Assembly (NCBI GenBank): GCA_965198065.1
Contig: CBDAON010000004.1
Location: forward strand, 1,920,001-1,984,000
DNA: 64,000 nt
Source of the DNA: Longimicrobiales bacterium
Lineage (GTDB): Bacteria; Gemmatimonadota; Gemmatimonadetes; Longimicrobiales; Gaopeijiaceae
Reading direction: 5' to 3'
The translations under genes and the position numbers were made by a program. The number at the start of each line of letters is the position of its first letter. The stretch's first letter is position 1. Positions 1-7,339 of the stretch are shown one piece after another. The notes beneath the pieces are model-generated. The model saw only the letters and a program-made list of their open reading frames with translations. It searched no databases and was not told the origin of the DNA.

Positions 1-187
1 CGTGCTGGACGGCGGAAAGCCTCTCCGTGGAGACCGCCACGGCAAGAGCGCCGACCACCCGTCCGAGGCACGCGTTCAACTCGTCCACGGTGCCGTACGC
101 TTCCACCCTCGGATGATCCTTGGGCACGCGCTGCCCTCCGAATAGGGTAGTCTCGCCGCCGTCTCCCTTGCGCGTGTAGATCTTCAT
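1..187 (-). CDS. Cob(I)alamin adenosyltransferase, PduO type (N-terminal part; runs off the window)
   Basis: Manual translation from ATG at 187: [39 protein letters not shown], the PduO N-terminal signature. Confidence 0.9.
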   Translation of the reverse strand, partial: MKIYTRKGDGGETTLFGGQRVPKDHPRVEAYGTVDELNACLGRVVGALAVAVSTERLSAVQH

Positions 188-233
188 GGGCTGGGGCTCC
201 GCTGCGTGCTCATGGTGGCCGCCGTCCGACGCG

Positions 234-518
234 TCAGCGGAGCTTGGTGATCCTCCTCAAGGCCTGTGCCTTTTGAATGAGAGACGATCCTTCTTCCAGG
301 AGGGAGGTCGGCTCGCCGGGGTCCTGGGCGGTGGCCGGGGGGGACCGCTTCTCGAGGAGGTCCCGCATGTCCAGCAGGACCTCCAGGCCGATCTGGTCGC
401 GCTGAAACTGGAAGTCGAGGCGTGCCATCTCCTCCCGATCGTCGCTCTTCTTCGCTCCCTCGAAGGCCTCATGATAGGCGGATTCGAGGCTCGACAGGAT
501 GCGGTCTCGGGTGCGCAT
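234..518 (-). CDS. Hypothetical protein, 94 aa
   Basis: ORF with protein-like helical composition, in operon position between two minus-strand genes. Confidence 0.7.
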   Translation of the reverse strand: MRTRDRILSSLESAYHEAFEGAKKSDDREEMARLDFQFQRDQIGLEVLLDMRDLLEKRSPPATAQDPGEPTSLLEEGSSLIQKAQALRRITKLR

Positions 519-557
519 GGGAGGCCTGTTCCGTCTGTGGGTCGATGCTTCCGGACG

Positions 558-1192
558 TCAACGGGCCGGGAACGCAGACGATCCCGGGCCGTGGCGGAAA
601 TACTCCCTGACCGCCGCCTGGAGTTCCTCGAATGGCCGTGGAAGTAGTGATCGGAATCGGCGATCCGAACCAGCGTGACGGAGCCCGGGATTCCATCGAC
701 GAGCTGCTGGACGTCGTCCCCGGACCCGTACTCGTCCTGCTCCCCCTGCACGACGAGGGTAGGCTTTGTGGTCCCGGACAGGAAAGAGAAGTCGTCCAGG
801 GACACTGGTATGCCGAGTCCCACGAGCCCCGCGACCCGCGGGTCGCGAAGGCCCACCCTGAGCCCGACTCGCGACCCGAAGGAGAACCCCCCCACCAGCG
901 CCGGAAGGCTGGGGTGCGCCTCCTGGATCCAGTCGAGCCCGACCCAGGCGTCCTCCTCCTCTCCCGTTCCACCCCCGTAGGTGCCGGTGCTTGCGCCCAC
1001 GCCCCGGAAGTTGAAGCGAAGCACGTGAAAGCCGACGTCCGTGAGCGCCTGCGCGGCCCGGTATACGGCCTTCGTGTGCATCGTGCCGCCATGCTGAGGG
1101 TGAGCATGGCAGAGCACTGCGGCACCACGCACCGGGGGATCGGCGGGCCTCAGGTTCGCCTCCAGGTGACCGTGGCTCACTGGAATCAGCAC
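558..1192 (-). CDS. Alpha/beta hydrolase (frameshift near 631, probably one missing T)
   Basis: HAHPQHGGTM, RFNFRGVG, GFSFG nucleophile motif, QGEQD and DHYF. The C-terminus FEELQAAVREYF...PAR* continues in another frame. Start codon is approximate. Confidence 0.85.
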
Positions 1193-1251
1193 GACCCTAG
1201 CGTCCCGAGTCAGAGTCAGAGGGTCCGCTGGCAGTGATGCGCTTCGGGAGA

Positions 1252-2931
1252 CTAGCGTGTCAGCGGTTTGTACGGGATCCGGCGCGGCTGCGCCGCCCCC
1301 GCCCCAAGGCGTCGGACGCGGTCCTCCTCGTAGGCCTGATAGTTCCCCTCGAACCAACAAACGGTGCAGTCTCCCTCGAATGCCAGGATGTGGGTCGCGA
1401 TCCGATCCAGGAACCAGCGGTCGTGGGAGATCACCGCGGCGCATCCGGGGAAGGAGAGCAGGGCATCCTCGAGGGCTCGAAGCGTGTCCACGTCCAGATC
1501 GTTCGTGGGCTCGTCCAGGAGGAGCACGTTACCTCCGGACTTGAGGAGCTTGGCCAGGTGCAGGCGGTTCCTCTCTCCACCCGACAGCACGCCCATCTTC
1601 TTCTGCTGTTCCGCCCCGCGGAAGTTGAACCACGAGAGGTAGGCGCGCGAGTTCACCTCGGCCCACCCGAAGTCCACGACCTCGTGCCCGCCCGAGACCT
1701 CCTCCCAGACTGTATGGTCTGGGTGGAGGTCGGCGCGGGACTGATCCACGTGGGCGAGCTTCACGGTGGAGCCCACGGTCATCGTCCCCTCGTCCGGTGA
1801 TTCGGTTCCGACGATCATGCGGAAGGTTGTGGTTTTCCCGGCCCCGTTCGGCCCGATGATCCCCACGATCCCCCCCCGTGGCAGACGGAAGCTCACGTTC
1901 TCCATCAGCACGTTGTCGCCGAACGCCTTCGTCACGCCCTCGAAGATCACTACATCGTTTCCGAGACGCGGTGGGCGCGGGATCAGGATCTCGGCGCCCG
2001 CCACCTTTTCCTCCTCGCCCTGCGCCAGCATTTCCTCGTAGGCAGTGATCCGGGCCTTTCCTTTCGCCTGCCGAGCCCGAGGGCTCATGCGGATCCACTC
2101 GAGTTCCCGCTCGAGCGTCTTCCGGCGGGCGCTCGCCTGCTTCTCCTCCTGCGCTAGCCGAGCGCTCTTCTGCTCGAGCCAGGAAGAGTAGTTTCCGTGA
2201 TACGGGTGGCCCTCCCCGCGGTCCAGCTCCAGGATCCATTCGGCCACGTTGTCCAGGAAGTAGCGGTCGTGGGTGACGGCCACGATCGTTCCCTTGAAGT
2301 CCGCGAGATGACGCTCGAGCCAGGCGACTGACTCTGCGTCCAGGTGGTTCGTCGGCTCGTCGAGGAGGAGCAGGTCCGGCTCCTCGAGCAGGACCTTGCA
2401 GAGCGCGACTCGCCTTCGCTCTCCACCCGAAAGGGTCTCGATCTCGACGTCGGACGGGGGGAGGCGAAGCACGTCCATTGCGATCTCGATCTTCCGGTCC
2501 AGATCCCACGCGCCCGTGGCGTCGATTCGATCCTGGAGCCGGGCCTGCTCCTCGAGGAGGGCCTGCATCTCCTCGTCCGACGTGACCTCGCCGAACGCGA
2601 GGTTTACCTCATCGAATCGTGCGAGTAGCGCGCGGGTCTCCTTCACACCCTCTTCCACATTGCCGCGAACGTTCATGGAGGTGTCCAGCCGGGGCTCCTG
2701 CGGGAGGTAGCTCACGCGGGTGCCGCGAGCCGGCCAGGCCTCACCTTGGAAGTCCTGATCGACGCCGGCCATGATGCGGAGGAGGGTGCTCTTTCCGGCG
2801 CCGTTCGGTCCGACGACCCCGATCTTCGCGCCGGGAAAGAATGACAGCCAGATCCCCTTGAGGATCTCGCGCTTGGGCGGAACGACCTTCCGAAGATCTT
2901 TCATCACGTAGATGAACTGGGGCCCGCTCAT
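1252..2931 (-). CDS. ettA: Energy-dependent translational throttle protein EttA (ABC-F)
   Basis: Two ABC cassettes (GPNGAGKST, LSGGE, LDEPTN) and ELEWIRMSPRARQAK linker; 559 aa. Confidence 0.97.
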   Translation of the reverse strand: MSGPQFIYVMKDLRKVVPPKREILKGIWLSFFPGAKIGVVGPNGAGKSTLLRIMAGVDQDFQGEAWPARGTRVSYLPQEPRLDTSMNVRGNVEEGVKETRALLARFDEVNLAFGEVTSDEEMQALLEEQARLQDRIDATGAWDLDRKIEIAMDVLRLPPSDVEIETLSGGERRRVALCKVLLEEPDLLLLDEPTNHLDAESVAWLERHLADFKGTIVAVTHDRYFLDNVAEWILELDRGEGHPYHGNYSSWLEQKSARLAQEEKQASARRKTLERELEWIRMSPRARQAKGKARITAYEEMLAQGEEEKVAGAEILIPRPPRLGNDVVIFEGVTKAFGDNVLMENVSFRLPRGGIVGIIGPNGAGKTTTFRMIVGTESPDEGTMTVGSTVKLAHVDQSRADLHPDHTVWEEVSGGHEVVDFGWAEVNSRAYLSWFNFRGAEQQKKMGVLSGGERNRLHLAKLLKSGGNVLLLDEPTNDLDVDTLRALEDALLSFPGCAAVISHDRWFLDRIATHILAFEGDCTVCWFEGNYQAYEEDRVRRLGAGAAQPRRIPYKPLTR

Positions 2932-3746
2932 GCAGCGGCGCTCCTCCGGTCGGCGGACGAGCGGACGAGCATGACGACCAGCATCGTGGTGCCCAGGATG
3001 CCCATGAGCCCGGAAAAGATCTGCGAGAGGGTGAGCCCCCCCCAGACGATGTCTTCCTCCCGGAGGTACATGAGGCCGAAGCGGATCCAGCCGTAGAGGC
3101 CGATGAAGCTCCAGCTGATGACTCCGCGCGGCGGGCGGAGTCTTTCACGCACGAGGAGCAGGAAGCCGGCGAGCGCGAAGTTCTTCGCCGACTCGTACAG
3201 CTGCGTGGGGTGTCGGCAGCCTTCGGGCGGGCGAGCCATGAACTCGCTCTGGGAGTAGTCCACGCAGACGAGCCCCTCGTAAGGAGTGCCGTACATCTCC
3301 GCGTTCACGAAATTCGCGATCCGCCCGAGCGCCAGCGCGACGGCGACCGGAATCGCGATCCGGTCCAAGAGGTGGAAGAGCCGAATGCCGTAGCGGTGAG
3401 TGAACCATGCCGCGGTGATCAGCACGCCGGTCAGCCCTCCGTGAAACGCGAGGCCGCCCCGCCACACGGAGATCCAGGCCAGGGGATCGATGCCGTATCG
3501 ATCGAACTCGAACACGAAGACGTGGAAGAACCGCGCTCCGACGAGCGCGGCCAGGATCGCCGCCAGAACGAAGTTCTCGGCGGTCTCCTCGGAGAGGTTC
3601 GGGATGCGCTCCTGCCGAGCCGCCTTCCTCAGCGACAGGTACACGAAGAGCATGCCGAGCATGTAGGGAAGGGAATACCATCGCACCCCGAAATCCCCGC
3701 CAAACCGGATGATGAACGGATCGATGTTGTGGAGGATTCGAAGCAA
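2928..3746 (-). CDS. lgt: Prolipoprotein diacylglyceryl transferase
   Basis: VRWY, GARFFHV, GGLAFHGG, GRIANFVNAEMYG and RHPTQLYE motifs. Confidence 0.95.
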   Translation of the reverse strand: MLRILHNIDPFIIRFGGDFGVRWYSLPYMLGMLFVYLSLRKAARQERIPNLSEETAENFVLAAILAALVGARFFHVFVFEFDRYGIDPLAWISVWRGGLAFHGGLTGVLITAAWFTHRYGIRLFHLLDRIAIPVAVALALGRIANFVNAEMYGTPYEGLVCVDYSQSEFMARPPEGCRHPTQLYESAKNFALAGFLLLVRERLRPPRGVISWSFIGLYGWIRFGLMYLREEDIVWGGLTLSQIFSGLMGILGTTMLVVMLVRSSADRRSAAA

Positions 3747-3838
3747 CGAAGCGGCTCTCGAGTGAGGTCGGCGTCGCGCGGGAGTGACCCGCTAATCCTC
3801 CACGGGGACCCGCAGATGTCAACCGAACGTGCGGATCA

Positions 3839-4993
3839 TCAGCCCTCCGGCCGAACCGCCTGGAGAACGCACAGGATGAAATCGTCCCACGCCAGCATCT
3901 TGCTGACGACCGGGCGATCGACCCCCTGCTGTGGCACGGCACCCCCGGTGAAGAAAACGACCCGGTCGGCCAGCTCCGGAGCCTCCGCCCTCAAACCTCG
4001 GTAGATGTCGTTGGCCGAGAGATCCCTCAGGTTCAGGTCGAGGAGCACGACGTCCGGTGTTTCGGTCCGTATGCTGCCGACCGCTTGAGCGACGGACGAC
4101 CACCCGACCGGGTCCATCTCCAATGCCTCGGCACCGGAACGGCGAAGCAACCGGCCGAAGGTTCGCCGGACGGCGCTGTCATCGTCCACGATCGTCACGC
4201 AGAGGCCGGCCAGGGGGGAGCGGTCCCGGATCGGGGCCAGGTTCCCGGGCCCGCCTGGCGAGAGCCGTACCTGCCAACCATTGTGGAAAGCGGGAGGACG
4301 ACGCGGAACGTGGCTCCGCAGAGGATCGAGGGGTCCGGCTCGAACGTGAGCCCCCCCCAGCCGTTCGATGCCCCAGCGGGCGAACGAGAGGCCCAGACCG
4401 ACACCCAGGCCCGTTCCCGACACGAACGGGTCGAACAGGTGATCGGCGAGCTCGCGCGACATCCCATCGCCATCGTCTTCCACGCGAATCTCCACCTGCC
4501 CCCCGTCCGCAGTGAGCCTCACGGAGAGGCGGATCTCGGAGCGGGCGTGGCGGGCCGCGTTTCGGAGGAGGTTCCCGATCGCGCGGGAGAAGAAGCTCCG
4601 CGGCCCAGAGACCTGAACGTCCTTGCGGAGCGACGAATTCAGGGTGGTGGTCACGGCGGGGGCTCCCATGAGCCACCGATTCACCACCTCCTCGAGGGTC
4701 CCCTAGACGGGAAAGGTTAGCTCCATCGGTGTCCGGAAGCCCCGCAGCTCATCGAGGACCTCGACGACCATCCGCCGAATCTCCTCCGTGTCCGACTGGA
4801 TGCGGCTGAGCTCTTCCGACGGTGTGCGCCCGAGCGCGGCCTCTTCACGGGCAAGCGAGACGCGGCCCGCGAGAATCGAAAGGAGGCCCCCCAGGTCGTG
4901 GAGGAGCTCGCCCGTGACCCTTCCGAGCTGCCGGAGTCGCTCCTCGCGGTCCAGGGTACCATCCTCGCGCGAGCGCGTACGAGCCTCGGCCAT
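3839..4993 (-). pseudogene. Hybrid histidine kinase (HisKA-HATPase-REC) with no sensor domain, interrupted by an in-frame TAG (4703-4705) and frameshift(s) near 4350
   Basis: H-box LLHDLGG, N-box NLLRNAARH, G1 VEDDGDG, F-box LFDPF, G2 GLGVGLGL, and REC VTIVDDD...VVLLD...FFTG. ORFs 4703-4993 and 3839-4687 share a frame across the TAG. Confidence 0.8.
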
Positions 4994-4998
4994 CGGTC

Positions 4999-5817
4999 CT
5001 ACCTCTTGTCCGCCGCGTCGTCGCGGAACTCTTCGAGCTGACGCAGGAACGCGCTAGACACCGTGTCGAAGGCCCCCCTCTCTCTGAGACCCCGGGGAGT
5101 CTCGGGGATCACCGAGCGGATCGCGCGCCGAAGGGCCTGGTCTCCGGAGTAGCCGCACGCCAGGCCGACGCTGAACACGGTGTGCCCCGGGTCGTCGAGC
5201 AGGGCGGACGCGAACAACACGCGCAGCCAGAGGAGGAGCCGGCGGGGGTTCGGCAGTTGCGATCGGTGGCACCACCTAAGGAGAGTGGAAGGGGAGAACC
5301 CCAGCGATCGGGCCAGGTCCTTCGGATGGCCCCCGATCATGACGGTTTCGACGGCGGCATCCAAGAGCGTTCGTGCCCGGCCGGTCAGGGGAACGCCCGA
5401 ATCGTGCGAAAGGAGGCGTCTGAGCGGCTGCGCCCGAGCGCGGACCAGCCTTCGCGTGAGCGCCACCTGGCTGGAATCCTCGTCGTTCTGGAGGATCTCG
5501 GCTATACCCCACTCTCCGAGAGTCCAGATGTCTCGGTAGCGGGCCGGGGCCGTATCCAGAGCCACGATGACCGTAGACGAGGGAAAGGCGGTGAGGATCT
5601 CGTACAGTGCTGGAGAGGGACCCCCGCCGTTCGTCTGGCCGAGAAACGGATCCACGAGGACGACGGCGGCCGGCGGCGCCTCGCTCACGGCGACCCGCAG
5701 ATCCTCCCAACTGTCCACCATGGAGACTCGGAAGCGGGCGTGCGCAGCGCGCGACACCCTTTCACGGAGGCCCCCGTCCTGATGGAGGAGAAGGAGGGGG
5801 CGGGGGACGAACTTCAT
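4999..5817 (-). CDS. AraC-type HTH transcriptional regulator with a receiver-like N-terminal domain
   Basis: C-terminal PKDLARSLGFSPSTLLRW...TVFSVGLACGYSGDQALRRAIR double HTH; N-terminal LLLLHQD...VVLVD REC-like pattern; ATG at 5817. Confidence 0.8.
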   Translation of the reverse strand: MKFVPRPLLLLHQDGGLRERVSRAAHARFRVSMVDSWEDLRVAVSEAPPAAVVLVDPFLGQTNGGGPSPALYEILTAFPSSTVIVALDTAPARYRDIWTLGEWGIAEILQNDEDSSQVALTRRLVRARAQPLRRLLSHDSGVPLTGRARTLLDAAVETVMIGGHPKDLARSLGFSPSTLLRWCHRSQLPNPRRLLLWLRVLFASALLDDPGHTVFSVGLACGYSGDQALRRAIRSVIPETPRGLRERGAFDTVSSAFLRQLEEFRDDAADKR

Positions 5818-5975
5818 ATACTGACGTAATCCGTTATGGAACTGACGGGATCGGAGTGTGCTGCCCGGCACCGACCAACCCAAATTCGATCCCGTGTGTT
5901 CCCTCGTCGAACATGAACGACACCCTCAGGAAAAGGGGATTATATATCGGGGTTGACGGGCGGGGCTGCGCGCCG

Positions 5976-6164
5976 CTAAGCCTTGCTGCCCGTGTGACGG
6001 GCTGGCTTCTCGGGGCGGTATCTTAAGACCGCCTCAGCCACCTGCTTCGGTGTGGCGCCACCGTACGCGGCTTTCAACGGCTTCTTCTTCTTCTTCTCGG
6101 GTTTCCTCATGGTCATGGCTTCTTCACCTCGGTGGTGACAGATTCGGTTGATGCCTGGGAACAA
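5976..6164 (-). CDS. Small basic hypothetical protein inside the IS end
   Basis: 62-aa ORF (KPEKKKKKPLKAAYGGATPKQVAEAVLRY) lying within the IS boundaries. Confidence 0.4.
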   Translation of the reverse strand: MFPGINRICHHRGEEAMTMRKPEKKKKKPLKAAYGGATPKQVAEAVLRYRPEKPARHTGSKA

Positions 6165-6241
6165 GACAGCCTACTACGGATTTACCGGCATCATCGAGCC
6201 CAGATCCGCGACAAGAATAGCTAGTGCCTTCAATCGGGCCG

Positions 6242-6925
6242 TCAGTTCTCGGGGAACGGCTGGTAGGTCGCGTGCGGGTAGGTGCGCCTGCGGTAGGTAT
6301 CATTCATGGCAGGTGCCTGGGCTCGGCCGGACTCCAGGTAATCGATCAAGTCCCACGCCTCGTCAACTTGCTTGGTAGAGCGGTCCTTCATGCCCACGAC
6401 CGCCGTCTTGCCCACCGAGCCGCGGCCAGCACGGAGCCGCTTCGACGAGTGCTTGTTCTTCTCCCGGCCGCCGACGTAGGTTTCGTCCACTTCGACCGGT
6501 CCTTGGAAGACCATCGGCCCGATGTCGGCGAAGGCTTCCCGGATCCGCTGCTGCATGAACCACGCGGTTTTCTGCGTCACTGAGATGTCGCGGTGCAGCT
6601 TCATCGAGGACACGCCCTTGAGACTCGTGCAGTCCAGGTAGATCGCATAGGCCCACTTGCGAAGCGGAAGGGGCGAGCCCTCCATGACCGTGCCGGTCTT
6701 TGGGGAGAAGTACTTCCGGCAGTCGCGGCACCGATAGGGCATCGTCCGATGGGAGCACTCGTGCGTGTTCAGGCTTCCGCAACGCAGACAGGCCCGCTCC
6801 CCGTCCGGCCAAAGAATCGACTCGAACCACCGGCGGGCCTCGCCTTCGTCCGCGAAGCGGTCCGACAACTCCAACATCGAGATCCCCTTCCGATGAGACT
6901 TGCCGGGCGCCTTGGTGATAGCCAT
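6242..6925 (-). pseudogene. IS1595/ISXO2-like transposase, C-terminally truncated
   Basis: Zn ribbon CLRCG...YRCRDCRKYFS, KGVSSMKLHRDISVTQKTAWFM and VEVDETYVGG. Similarity appears to stop after STKQV, before the remaining DDE residues. Confidence 0.9.
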
Positions 6926-7027
6926 GTAACCTCCTGTCAGTACGCGTCTTACCGTACACTTGAAGGTAACAGTCTACGGCCCGTCTGTCAACCCTGAGAT
7001 ATAAGCCCCCAGGAAAAGGATTGGGTC

Positions 7028-7249
7028 ATACGCAAGCTCCGGCTCCTCGCGGCGGCTATCGCCCTCACCATGACGGCCGCCTGCGGTGACTTCGGCCCTA
7101 CGGCCCCCGAACCTAACGACGCCGAGAACGGGTTCCTCGGGTCGGGCGGTGGCGGCAACGGCTTCCTCGGCTCCGGTGGTGGTGGCAATGGCTTCCTCGG
7201 CTCCGGCGGCGGCGGCAACGGCTTCCTCGGCTCCGGCGGTGGAGGCTGA
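7028..7249 (+). CDS. Small lipoprotein-signal precursor peptide with 4x NGFLGSGGGG repeats (absent from the ORF track)
   Basis: Manual translation: (M/I)RKLRLLAAAIALTMTAAC-GDFGPTAPEPNDAE-(NGFLGSGGGG)4*. AAGGA lies 7 nt upstream of ATA at 7028 (alternative ATG at 7070). Repeat differences are all synonymous, and a terminator follows. Confidence 0.85.
   Translation: MRKLRLLAAAIALTMTAACGDFGPTAPEPNDAENGFLGSGGGGNGFLGSGGGGNGFLGSGGGGNGFLGSGGGG
7127..7246 (+). repeat. Four tandem 30-nt coding repeats
   Basis: aacgggttcctcgggtcgggcggtggcggc / aacggcttcctcggctccggtggtggtggc / aatggcttcctcggctccggcggcggcggc / aacggcttcctcggctccggcggtggaggc. Confidence 0.97.
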
Positions 7250-7270
7250 CGCAATCACCGCGCAGGGGTC

Positions 7271-7322
7271 GAAAGGGGGGAGGCAACGGTGGACTCGGAG
7301 CCTCCCCCCTTCCCTTCTTTGT
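7271..7322. terminator. Hairpin terminator between the convergent peptide and TPR genes
   Basis: gaaaggggggaggc...gcctccccccttc stem followed by ccttctttgtt. Confidence 0.65.
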
Positions 7323-7339
7323 TGCGATCTGCGCGGCAC

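Larger units (their letters stand above)
5935..7009 (-). mobile_element. IS1595-family insertion sequence (internally deleted), with 29-bp imperfect terminal inverted repeats and 8-bp TSD CAGGAAAA
   Basis: Left end ggggattatatatcggggttgacgggcgg versus reverse complement of right end ggggcttatatctcagggttgacagacgg; CAGGAAAA at 5927-5934 and 7010-7017; contains a transposase. Confidence 0.92.

Noticed and set aside
4703..4705. Pyrrolysine or amber readthrough in the kinase
   Set aside because: No pyl genes are in the window, other genes end at TAG, and the same gene has additional frameshifts.
5913..7030. ATG at 5913 as the original peptide start before the IS insertion
   Set aside because: In the reconstructed empty site it lies 32 nt from the ATA codon, so it is out of frame.
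7127..7246. 30-nt repeats as a CRISPR array
   Set aside because: The units are directly tandem with no spacers, vary only at silent codon positions, and no cas genes are present.
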